Below, piece by piece: positions 1-11,874 of a DNA stretch of 64,000 nucleotides. The stretch spans positions 23,066,001-23,130,000 of the forward strand of contig CM052817.1 of NCBI GenBank assembly GCA_028534125.1, written 5' to 3'. The stretch comes from Lama glama. Taxonomy: Eukaryota. Made by a program: the position numbers and the translations under genes. How positions within the stretch are numbered: position 1 is the first letter of the stretch; every line of letters begins with the position of its first letter. Under the pieces are notes generated by a model, which was given only the letters and a program-made list of their open reading frames with translations, made no database searches and was not told the origin of the DNA.

Positions 1-1396
1 CTTGATATATACCAAAGAGCTCAACACCCTCATCTTCTCATCATGTGTAAATCAACCAAGACATTGATATGAATATAAGAAGCCTTCTATACATTGAGCC
101 TAAGAAGAGCTTGGTCGAGTCTCCATTCCAATCCAGATCACTCCAGTGAGTGTGGAAAGGTGAGGCTCTTCTTTAAGAGCTGAAGTCTAAGTTGAAGAAA
201 GGGATAGAGAATTAGTAAATTTTCCCTTTAAAAAAATAAGTCTTCTTAGATCAAACATTCCAAAAAAAGTAAGTGCTGTTCAGTACATCAGGTGAATGTT
301 AATCTTTCTCCGAGAGATGATTTTATTCTGTGTGTGCCAGGAAATCAGTATTTGAAACCTCTAATAAAGAGTTTGTAAACTGTGTACCAGGTTGATGGTG
401 CCTTGGGAATCCTCTTGAGAGAGAGCGAACTGTAGTTCCTGAGGGTATTCCAATGTTTTGTTGTTTACATGGCATTTCTTGCCAAAATTTACACAGTGTT
501 TTTATTCATGACAAATCAGCCTGTGGAAATATTAATATAAAATTATATCTGACAGTTGTAGGCTAATCAGTTGAAGAGCAGCAGTGTTGTTATACATACT
601 AAGAACAAGGCATAATTTGCCTTAGGAAAAGTATTCCATGTGATACTAAAATTTTATCATTATTATTAATAATATAGATCTTCTTGATAAGTGTCTTTTT
701 TAACAAGGGTAATATGTTATTAACCATTTTTACCATCAATAGCATTTTCCTAGGATTGCAGACATTCAATTTAACTATATAATCTAATTCTTACAAGTCT
801 TCTTCGTGTATTACTCTCTGAATAACAGAATGATTAACCAAGTGTTCTTGCTGAATGATTTCCTAGTGTTCTGCAAATTATATAGAATCCATGATTGTAA
901 GTTTTGAAAGACTATTGTGCATAGATACATGATTACGTATATAAAATTCAGAAACTCCCCTGTTTGACTTTGAAATGTGATCCTTTATTTGAGAAACGAA
1001 AGTATGAGTGTAAGAGAGAAGAAAAAGATTTATATATCTGGCTCAGAATATCCTTTTCCCACTAGTCTTCAACTTAGAATCATAAACTTTTTAAAATGGC
1101 CGTGTTTACTAACTACAGTGTTTTTGTCAACAATGTTTCCTAGTCATAACTCTCTGGTTTCCAAATCGTACAGAACTTTATACTTCAGTTAAAAAAAAAA
1201 AAGTGAGAAAACCATTTCCTGACTCTCTTCATTTGGTGTCTCCCCATTGGTAAATTTATGAGATCATCCTCCCTGGTAACCAAAGAATGATATAACATCA
1301 AACACAAATACTTTGGCTACTTGAGTGCTAATGAAATTAAATGCAACAGATGATTTTATACACTAAATAAGGATAGTCTGAAGTATTACATGAGAC

Positions 1397-4300
1397 TTTT
1401 ATTTTATTTCATTTACTGAAGTATAAATGACTTACTGTATTATGTTCATTTCAGGTGTACAACATATTGTTTCAATATTTTGTATGTTATGAAATAATCA
1501 GCACAATAAATCTACTTACTGTCACCATACAGATTTATAACAGTGCTATTGACTGTTATTCCCTGTGCTATAAATTACATTCTCATGACATACTTATTTT
1601 ATAACAGGAAATGTTTATTTCTTAATCCCCCTTATCTATTTCTCATATCACTCTACTCCCGTCTCTTCTGGTAATCACCAATTTATTTTCTGTGTCTGTA
1701 AGTCTATTTCTGTTTTATTATGTTTGTTCATTGTTTTTTATTTTTGTTAGAGTCCACATATAAGTGAAATCATATGGTATGTGTATTTCTCTGACAGATT
1801 TATTTACTTAACATATAGTCAAGGTCTATCCATGTTGTTGTAAATCACAAGACTTCATTCTTTTTTATAACCGAGTAGTATTTCATTGCACATATATATA
1901 CCACATTTTCTTTATCCATTCATTCACAGATGGATGTACGTTGTTTCCTTATCTTGGCTATTTTAAATAATAATGTAATGAACATAGGGGTGCATATATC
2001 TTTTAAAATTAGTGTTTTTATTTTCTTCAGATAAATACCCATGAGTAGAATTGCAGGATCACGTGGTTTTACTTTTAATTTTATGAGAAACCCAACATAC
2101 TCTTTTCCTTAGTAGCTGTACCAATTTACCCACCAACTATGCACAAGGGTTCTCTTTTTTCCATATCATTGACAACACTTGTTACTTGTCTTTTTGATAA
2201 TAGACATTCTGGCAGATATGAAGTAATACCTCATTTTGGTTTTGATTTATATTTCCCTGGTGATTAGAGATGTTGAACATCTTTCTGCATGCTTGTTGGC
2301 CATCTGTAGGTCTTCACACACAAGAAAAAATCCTATTCAGGACTTATACCCATTTTTAATTGAATTGTTTATTTATTTTTTTTGATATTGACTTGTAGGT
2401 GTTCTTTGTATATTTTAAGTATTAAGCTCATATCAGGTATATTTGCAAATATATTCTTCCATTAAGAAAGTTGCTTTTACCTTTGGTTGAGGGTTTCTTT
2501 TGATGTGCAAAAGCTGTTTAGTTTTATGAGGACTATTTTTTTAACTTTATTGTCCTTGCCTAAGGAGACAGATCCAAAAAGTAATGCTAAGACCCATGTC
2601 AAACTTGCATACCGTCTATATTTTCTTCTAGGAATTTTATGGCCTCTGGTCTTAGATGTAGGCTTTTAATTCATGTTGAATTAGCTTTGTATATAGTGTA
2701 AAAAAAGATACAGTTTTATTGGCATGTAGGTGTCGAGCTTTCCAAATACCATTTATTGAAGATGCTGTCTTTTTTCCCATTGTATATTCTTGCCTCCTTT
2801 GTCATACATTAATTGACCATGTAACTGTGGGTTTGTTTCTGGGCTCTTTATTTTGTTCCATTGATCTATATGTCTGTTTTTGTGACAGTGCTATCTTGTT
2901 TTCATTACTATAGCTTTGAAATATAGTTTGATATCAGACAGTGTAATATTTACAGCTTTGTTCTTCTTTCTCAAGAATACTTTGGCTATGGGGGATTGTG
3001 GTTTCATACAAAATTCAGGATTGTTCGTTCTAGTTCTGTGAAAAAATGCCATTGGTATTTTGATAGGGATTACACAGAACCTGTAAAATGCTAGAGTAGT
3101 ATTGATTTTTAACAATATTAAATTTTTCTACCCATAAGCACAATGTATCTTACTATTTATTTGTGTCATCTTCAATTTCTTTCATCAATGTTCTATAGTT
3201 TTCAAAGTACAGTTATTTCACCTCCTTGGCTAACTTTATTCCTAGGTATTTTAATCTTTCCGAAGCAGTTGTGAAAGTGATTGATTTCTTAACTTCTTTT
3301 TCCTGATAATTTTTATTAGTATATAGAAATGCAACTAATTTCTGTATTTCCGTGATATCAGTTGTAATTTATCCTCTTTCCATTTAATTATACTTATTTG
3401 GGCCCACTCTCTGTTTTTTGGTTTTTGCTTATTTTTTTTCTTGACAAATCTGGCTAAAGCTTTATCAATTTAGTTTATTTTTATTTTAAAAAACAAGCTC
3501 TTAATTTCCTTGATCTTTTATACATTTTTTTGTTATTTTTTAAATTCTCTGTTCCTTTATTTCCACTCTGATTTTTAATCTGTTTTAGTTTCTTTCTTTA
3601 ACTTTGTTTTAGATTGTTCTTTTGTCAGAGTAGGCTTGTCTCACTATGAATGTCTAACTCTTAGAACTGCTTTTGCTGCATCCCATAGATTTTGGAGTAT
3701 TTTTTCCATTTTCATTTGTCTCCAGGTATTTTATAATTTTCTCTTTGATTTCTTTGTTGATTCATTGATTTTTTTCTTTCTTTTTTCTTTTTTTCCAGAT
3801 AAAACATATTTTAATACTTATTTAATAGGCTCATTGATTTTTTTAGTAGCATGTTGTTTTGTGTCTACATGCTTGTGTTTTTCTAGTTTTCTTCCTGTAA
3901 TTGATTTCTAGTTTTATACTGTTGTGGTCTGAAAAGATGCTTGATATGATTTTAATTTTCTCAACTTTATTGAGACTTGTTTTGTGGCCTGACATATGAT
4001 CTCTCCTGACTAATGTCCTATTTGTACTTGAAAAGAATGTGTATTCTGCTGTTTTTAGATGGGATGTACTATCTATATTTATTATGTTACTCTTATTTAT
4101 TGTGACATTTAAGGTCAATGTTTATTGATTTTCTGTCTGGTTGATGTAAGTAGGATATGAAAGTCCCCTTTTATTGTATTACTGTCAGTCTCTCCCCTTA
4201 TGTGTGTTAATATATGCTCCTATATTGAATCTGTGAATACTTACCAATGTTTTTGTCTTCTTCTTAGATTAAGCCCTTTTTCATTATGCAGTGCCTTTCT

Positions 4301-6010
4301 TTGTGTTTGGTTACTTTCTTTTAAAGGCTACTTTGTCTGATAGTATTGCTACCCCAACTTTCTTTTTGTTTTCATTTGCATGGAATATCTTTTTCCATTC
4401 TTTCACTTTCAGTCTCTGTGTGTGTCTTTATCTGAAGTGAGTTTCATAGGTGTCATGTAGATAGATCTTATCTTTATATACATTCACACATCCTATGCCT
4501 TTTGATTGAAACATTTAGTCAATTTACATTAAAAGTGACTACCAATAAGTGTGTGCTTATTACCATTTTGTTTATATTTTTCTTGCTGTTTTAGTATTTC
4601 CTCCCCTCTTCTTTTTTCCCTTTTTTAGTCTCTATCTTTGTGGTTTGATGGTTTTCTTTATGTTATGTTTGCATTCCTTTCACTTTAATATTTTTTGTAT
4701 CTATTGTATATTTTTGATTCGGGGTTACCATATATATCAACCTATAGTAGAGCAGGTTTTTTTTTAAAGCTGATGTCTCTGTAAGTTTGAATGCTATTCT
4801 AAAAGCACTACATTTTTAGTACCCCCCCCTCCACATTTTATGTTTTTAAGGTACTTTGGGTATTCCTTAACTACTTACTGGAGTTATAGTTGATTTTATG
4901 ACTTCTGTCTTTTAACCTTCATAATAGCTTTATATATGGCTGATCACTGTCTTTACTACATATTTGCCTTTACCAGTGAGATTCTTTTCTTTCATATATT
5001 ATCTTGTCACTTAAAAGAGATTCTTTAACATTTCTTGTAAAGCCAGTTTAGTAGTGAAAAATCTCTTTTAGTTTTTGTTTATCTGTGAAACTCTGTCTCT
5101 CTCCTTCAATTCTGAATGATAATCTTGCCAGGCAAAGTATTCTTGGTGGTATTTTGTTTTTCCTTTCAGCACTTTAAATATATTATCTAATCCCTTCTGA
5201 CGTTCCCAGTTTCTGCCTTATAGGATTTTTTTTTTTTTTGGTGTGTGTCTAGTTGTTTTTCTCTAGCTGACTCAAATTCTCTCTTTATCTTTAACTTTTG
5301 CCATTTTAATAATGATATGCTTTGGTCTGGATATCTTTGGGTTCATCTTGTTTTATGGCTATCTGTTTCATGAACCTGAATATCTGTTTCATCCCCCAGG
5401 TTAGGGAATTTTTCAGCTATTTTAAAAATACATTTTCTGTCCCTTTCTCTCTTTTCTCCTTCTGGGACTTTTATAATGTGAATATTAGCATGTTTTATGT
5501 TGTCTCAGGGATTCCTTAAAGTATCCTAATTTTTTTAAGTTTGTTTACTTTTTCCTTCTTGTTGTTCAGATTTGGTGATTTCCACAATTCTGTCTTCCAG
5601 ATTGCTTATGTGCTCTTCTGTGCCATCTAATCTGTTGTTGATTCCCTCTAGTTTATTTTTTATTTCAGTTACTTATTCTTCAACACTTATTGGTTCTTTC
5701 TTATATTTTCTAATTTTTTGTTGAAGTTCTCACTGTGTTTCTCCATTCTTCTCCCAAGTTCACTGAACATATGAACCCCTTGCTTAAACCCCTTGCTTCT
5801 TAGGGAGGACCTTCTTTGTGTTTGTGATATCCCCTCCTGTTTGTGGGTCATCACGCTGTGGGTTTGAGTCCCAATTATATTGCATTTCTCTCCCTCCTCC
5901 ACACCTCAATATGACTTTTTATATGTTTAATTTTAGAAGCCCCATTCTGCTATTCTTCAGGTCATTCTAAGAAAAAGCTGCTCAATATGTAGTTACAGTT
6001 AAGGTGTGTA
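1397..6010 (-). mobile_element. Near full-length decayed LINE-1 (laurasiatherian-type 3'UTR) with two internal deletions
   Basis: T-rich tail at 1397, then L1 3'UTR. ORF2 remnants: IPIKIPMAFF...LRKKNKA (2891-3115) and endonuclease AEYTFFSS...DHMSGHKTSLNK...SIFSDHNSIKLEIN (3843-4118). ORF2 ATG at about 4566. ORF1 coiled-coil remnant ELGRRMEKHSENFNKKLENIRKNQ (5687-5770). 5'UTR-like sequence at 5800-6010. Confidence 0.93.
3776..3830 (-). mobile_element. Short polyadenylated retro-insert flanked by a 14-bp TSD, inside L1
   Basis: TCATTGATTTTTTT at 3762-3775 and 3831-3844. Minus strand reads 36 unique nt containing ATTAAA, followed by an A-rich tail. Confidence 0.75.
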
Positions 6011-6684
6011 GTTAAGCATGTGCTAAGGCACAGCTTCAATAGCTTTGAGCTGAGGACCAATTTTTCCCCACAGATACAAGAGATTAATGTATAGGGATGA
6101 TAAGATACTGTGAATAGCATCCAATATTAAACGGGTGATGCAGTGATGGAATCATGTGTTGCTTTAGGAAACGTAAAAGATTAAATAAGTTTTGAGAGAT
6201 GATAGCTTACACAGAACACAAATGTACTTATAGTATGGATGTGATGAGTGAATAGAACAAACTACTGCATTTGTATTCTATCGAAAATTAATAGAACAGA
6301 ATGAATGAGAATCTTGGGATTTACAAAAGACAGGAGCTGGGATGGATTTGAGGCAGTATAGATTCCTTTGGGGATTCATTGGAATTAGTACTAGCAATTA
6401 AGAAATGTTCACTGGGGGGTTGATGCACTGTCACTCTTTGTATAACAGATTGACCTGGTTATTACACATAAAGCAGAATGAAACTTGGGAATTATGGTTG
6501 ATCACAGGGGACTCCATAAATGCATTCCTCCACTTGGTGTGATACCTCTGGTAAAATATCTTAAGCAAGCTGAGCATAATAAAACTTGCTAATACTTTTT
6601 CTGGTTCAGTCTCAGAGGCTTGCTAGGGGACTACTCGTGGAAGGAAATGTATATTAGTTATCTACCACGGCATAGCAAATTACC

Positions 6685-7240
6685 TGTCAAATTAACACTT
6701 GTTAAGTGGAGCACAGGATGTTGGCTAGTGAGCCATAGTTCCACAAAGGACCACGATGGAAACTGAAATAGAGAAGTTTATTATTCATAGTTTCTAGAAG
6801 AAGTAACTGGCATACCTCATGGGGCCATACGGGGAGGTTAAACAGAGTGCAAAGAGGGAGGCAGAAACAGAGGAATGTGCCTTGTTAGGGTATGTGGATA
6901 AACTGCTTTGGAGTTCCCAGACTAAGGCTATGTTGGTGAATTCAAACCCAAAAGAGTAGACTTTTGGCAAGTTCTGTGGTGGGGCAGGGGGTAGGTTCCT
7001 ATGTATCAAGGGGGTACATAAGGTGAAGTCATTGGGAAGCAGAGGAGACTGTCGATCACAAAGGCTGTTGAGGAAGTCACATCGGAACTTACATCTTCTT
7101 GTGACTCTGCAGGCCACTAGCTAGGGCTTATGCTTGCATGAGGGGCTAGTGTCAGTTTAATGCTCTTCCAGGCCACTTGGCCAAGTAAAATGGATGCAGG
7201 GGCAATAATACTATGGAGTAGTTTAGCTGAACTCTTGACA
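6685..7240 (-). mobile_element. ERVL-class solo LTR (MER76-like)
   Basis: 556 bp with TGTCAA...TTGACA termini. Perfect 5-bp TSD TTACC (6680-6684, 7241-7245). AATAAA on the minus strand at about 6777-6782. Family name from recall. Confidence 0.85.
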
Positions 7241-7704
7241 TTACCCCAAAAATTAGTGGCTTAAAAACAATGAATATAACATCTTACAGTTTCTGTGGGT
7301 CAGGAATTCATGAGTAATTAACATGAGTGAGTTTTACATATTTGCAGTCAGCATGTAAGCAGGGGCAATGTTAATCTGAAGTCTGTCTGATATAATAAGC
7401 TGATGTAATTCCAGAAGGGCTGTCCTACAGGTTTATTGGCAGAAGGCCTTCACTCCTCATCATATGGGCTTCTGCTCATGAGATTGTATCTAACTTTCCC
7501 CAGAGCAAGTGGGCCTCAAGAGAAAACAAGGAGGGCACTGATGTATTTTATAACCTAGTCTCCATCTCCAAAATCACCTACGTATATTTACACTTCATTC
7601 TATTTGTTAGAAATGAGTTATTGAGTCCGTTCCACAGTCAAAGACAGAAGAATTAGGTTCCAGGTATTCTAGGAAAGAAGTGTGACAGGATTTGTGAACA
7701 TGTT

Positions 7705-7858
7705 CTTTTTTATTTTTTGACTTTATTAAGGAATACTTGACCAATAGGATTAGATATATTTAAAGTGTACAACATGATGATTAGATAAACATAAACATTA
7801 TAAAACAATTACTAAATTCAAGATAATTAACACACCCATAACCTCACATAGTTAACAT
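7705..7858 (-). mobile_element. 5'-truncated L1 3' tip (L1MA-like)
   Basis: T-rich tail, then ...ATATTTAAAGTGTACAACATGATGA...ACCTCACATAGTTA. Near-TSD TGAACATGTT (7695-7704) / TGAAGATGTT (7859-7868). Confidence 0.8.
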
Positions 7859-8509
7859 TGAAGATGTTTTAAATCCACCAAAGATGCAGTATATCTTCCT
7901 GAGATGCCAATAGGTTATGTTAATTTTCTTAATAATGGTATATTATCAGGAAATATCTCATTGTGATAACCAGCACCTGTATTATATTTCATTACCTTAT
8001 GGTAAAGTATTAGCAGAAGTCATAGACAAATAAGTAGTTTTATGATATGAAGAGGTTATTATAATACATAGCATTCTGAGATTGACTGGTCATTCCAACC
8101 AAAGTGAAAATAACTTACTTTTAGAAAACTCAGTATTGCCAAACACTAGCAACACAAAAGCCAATAAAGACAAGAACAAATAGCAATAAAAATCTCGATT
8201 ATCTCAAAGCTCACATCAAAATAAGAAATAACTAAGGATTGTGGTTTAACTTGCATTTTAGAGGAATTTTATTTCAAACTTGGATGTGCTTTTGACACCC
8301 ATGTAACAAATGACTATTTTTTAAACGAGGAAGAGAGAAGCAGCAGGATGAGCTGACTGAACTAGGTGAAAAAAAAAAACTAGCATGTTTAGGTCCTGAA
8401 AGAATATTCATTATTCTAATCTGTTTATTATGTTGGAAGAATTTGAAAGAGGATCTTGTCTGGGGATTCTAGCAGAAGCCCAAGATACTTGGACATGTCA
8501 GGAATGATA

Positions 8510-8895
8510 AGCTATACTTTTTAAATACATTTAGTCCATCATCTCTTCTTATACTATGTATATATAGCTAGGAAATGATTTCCCACTTATGGACTTCCTT
8601 TTCTGGTTTCTATGCAATTAGGCATGGCCTTGTGAATATTCTTGCCAGTGTACATAAGAAGGGTGGGCATACCAAATCTGGGTCAAAGTTTATGAGCAGC
8701 AGGTGCAGAATATGCAAATTTGAAGCATTACATCTATACCTGAGATGTATCTAGTGAAAATCCTGAAATTTAGCATATATGGTATGAATGATTGGAACAG
8801 TAGGTTCCATCTCCCCTTGTCCCTGTCTGACCTTGTGGTGGGGGTGGCTTGAGTGTGTTCTACCTGTGGAAATAAGTGTGTACACAGACATCTCA
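8510..8895 (+). mobile_element. Old MaLR LTR remnant (MLT1-like)
   Basis: TGCAATTAGGCATGGCCTTGTGAATATTCTTGCCAGTG resembles the conserved MLT1 5' block. Confidence 0.4.
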
Positions 8896-9327
8896 TGTGC
8901 TGGGTTTTACTAAAACCCTATTCTTTCCTTTATAATAAACAATCATAGCTAGAATGCACCTGCAGAGCTGGGCTCTACATTTCCCAGTCCTCTTTGTGCT
9001 TTGTTATGATCATGTGAATAGTTTTGCTTATTAAAAGTAAGTGGGATTTTTGTACCACTCCTGATAAAGGATTGTTGAATAGCACGTGTGTGTCCTCTGT
9101 TCTCTTTCTTTTCCAACATCTGAATAAAATGACAATAACCTTCTGAGGGTGCAAGTGACACAAAACAGAAAAAGCCTGCATTTTGTAACAACTATATTAA
9201 AGAGAGTCATCTGCCAATCAGGAGTATCTACCTTAGATCTTCTGGGAGCAAGAATAAAAATCTTTTGTCTTTGAGCTTTATTTATTTTTGGTTTGGTTTT
9301 TAAAGCAGTCTAATATACTGTAATACA
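8896..9327 (+). mobile_element. MaLR solo LTR (MLT1I/J-like)
   Basis: TG...TAATACA termini, CTACATTTCCCAGTCCTCTTTG block, and GAGCAAGAATAAAAATCTTTTGT near the 3' end. Confidence 0.75.
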
Positions 9328-9514
9328 AAGTGCCATTGGGCCTTAAAACTGAAAATGTTCTGACACAGGTACATGCTACAAGACTAGAGAAGCTAACATT
9401 GGCTGAGAGTGAACAAGGTGACTAAAGAGTCCCAAACAGCTCTGGGTCAGATGTCCCAATGAAGCCCATTTGCTGTTATATGATAATAACCCAAAAATAC
9501 TTATGGAGCTTCTT

Positions 9515-10190
9515 TTCTTTTATGCCAGTCACTTTTATAGGTTCCAGGGATGCAGTCAGGATAGACGTACACAGATTGTAGTTTGTACATGATGCAGGGG
9601 ACTTCATTTAGAGTAGTGCAATGTACTTGCCATGGAGTAATTCTCATAGATTAAGGTGATAATTATGACTCTAGCCTTGAGTTATTGGTACTTGGCAAAC
9701 TACATACAGTAGTCAATCAAACAGACTTGCTTTCATAAAATTTATAATCTACAGTGAAAAATAGGCAATAATTTAACTATAAATAGATATAAACTATAAA
9801 TCTCTGATTGTAATAAGTGTTAATGAATGAAAAATGAGCATGGGAATAGACTAATCATGGTAAAAGATACTAATTTATATAGGGTTGTCAGAGAAGGCCT
9901 CATAGTGGGAGTAATATTTGAGTGCTACTTGAAATGATATGAGATATTACTAACCTTTGTATGTGACTATTTGAGGGAAAAACATTTCAGACAGAGGGAA
10001 ACACAAGTACAAAAGATTTGATAATGGTATGTTCCATGAACAGCAAGAAACACATTGTGGACAGAAATCAATGAAAAAGGTGGACAGTATTAGAAAATGA
10101 GTTTGAAATGCTATACATGTCCTAGATTGTGGAGGATTTTGTTGCCCTACGGCCTTAAGAATTTATTTTAGTTTTAATGGAAAATTAACA
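9515..10190 (-). mobile_element. LINE-2 3' region remnant
   Basis: AGGGTTGTCAGAGAAGGCCTC, CATTTCAGACAGAGGGAAACACAAGTACAAAAG and similar L2a-type blocks. Confidence 0.75.
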
Positions 10191-11334
10191 CTGAGAGAAG
10201 CTCTCCCAAATATCCAAATAAAATATTTCAAGAAATACATACTATTTGTATTTTTCCAATGTTCTTGAAAGGTAAAAAAAGATAAACACTAAATTGATAT
10301 TCTTGGACTCCAACTTCCTGGATCACAATCGTGAAAGTGTCTACAGGAAGGAAGCTGAGCAATTATGTATTTCATACAATAAATCCCCTGACATTTTCTG
10401 TTGAGATGAAGTTTGTCTATGAGAATAGGAAAGAGTCCACCATTAAGTAGTAGCTATTCCAATACCATCAAAACCAGACCATCTTTCTATTATATTTTGT
10501 TTATGGCTTTTTGCATTGGACACTTTAAATTCCAAAGAAAAGTGTCAAATTCTGTTTAACTAAGAGTATAATCTTCTTGACTGAGAAGGGTTATGTTTGG
10601 ATGTCTTGAATCATTCATTCAGTTGAGAAAATGATTCTCAAAGAAAGAAAAGTCTAATCTGTCTAATGAAATGGCTTTTATGTAATATGCCTGGTAAAGC
10701 AAACCTAGATACAGAAACATCCAGTATTACTCCAAGGATTTATATTGATTCCTGCTGCCTGTTCCAATAGGTAAAGAGGTATTGAAACGTTTTTGTTTAG
10801 AGATGAAAGTTATGAAAATGTGTATAGGCTTTTGAATTGTAAATTCAAAAGTTTTAAATTTGCATACGTTATATAGGTTTGCATAGATTATTACATACAG
10901 AAGAGTAAAATTCTGTGATAGGAAGGCAGAAATTTTGGCATAGGCTTTAGAGATGGCAAATTGGGTCTGTGGCAAGTTGAGTTCATGAAGTGAGTCATGT
11001 AAACAATAGGTTCAAGACAGTATTTTTCTGAGTACCCCTGAGGTTATTTATGTTTGTCCGGATTGTCCATGTTGCCAACAGCACAGAGGAGGTTTTGATT
11101 TGCTTGGCAGACCTAAGTTTGAGTAGGATACTTAATCAGTGTCAGCTCTTTTCCAAGGGCCATGAGCAGAATTTTACCAGAAAACACAACTACTGAAACT
11201 CAATGCAAGACACATGAACATAGTTTTACATGCTGGCATCAGTCAGAATGATGACATGCCGAGGGCCTGGATATAGTGGGTTACAGCTGGACACTGCTTG
11301 TCAGATGTGGATGACCCTTTTGTGCCCAAGCAAG

Positions 11335-11425
11335 AGATCATTTGTTCAACAAATATATCAGCAAGTATTCAATAAAATGCTACTAAAGGTCAAGCTCAGT
11401 TCTAGGCACTAGAGATTCAGAATAA
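11335..11425 (-). mobile_element. LINE-2 3' tail
   Basis: CATTTGTTCAACAAATAT...GTTCTAGGCACTAGAGATTCAG. Confidence 0.55.
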
Positions 11426-11874
11426 CCCACATTGTTCTAAGTATGATACCCAAGTGATTGCTGCCTTTCATGCTGGAACTAAAGATAATGTAGGGTACAT
11501 CCTCATGGTGCTTGTAATATACTTGGTGCAGTTTACTTATAAAAACAAACAATTAGGGAACAGTTTTAGTCAGTGTATCATAAGTGCCAGAATTAGGCTA
11601 AGAAAAATTAATGCTAAAGACCAAACCTCATAGGTGAACAACGCAGTGTACTGTAAAGCAAAGATCAGGTAAGAAAATAAAGATCAATCTACAATGAAAG
11701 GACAAATATAAATGGCAAATATTTTAACCTGAAAATCAATGTGTTCAACAAATCTCTAATTTTGTACTAAGAAATTTTAACCCCAAAATAAAACTACCAT
11801 TGAGAGTTAATTTTAAGAGAATATCAAATTTATTAAATATGTGGAAATTCAGTTAACATACCTAAATGTATATA

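Larger units (their letters stand above)
6650..7881 (-). mobile_element. MaLR solo LTR (MLT1F/G-like), interrupted by two younger insertions
   Basis: Starts TATATTAGTTATCTA..GCAAATTACC, resumes CCAAAAATTAGTGGCTTAAAAACAA at about 7246, ends TTTTAAATCCACCA. Probable TSD AAATG (6645-6649) / AGATG (7882-7886). Confidence 0.8.
6200..11100 (+). mobile_element. Fragmented ancient ERVL-class (class III) endogenous retrovirus pol relic
   Basis: Manual translation gives collinear motifs: QYRFLWG...SLYNRLTW...W/IMVDHRGLHK (6351-6520), LANTF (about 6585), QYIF/MPIGYVN (7887-7924), AF*RNFISNLDVLLTPM*QMT (8253-8315), CHWAL (9331-9345), MANWV...DCPCCQQHR (10953-11087). Confidence 0.75.
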
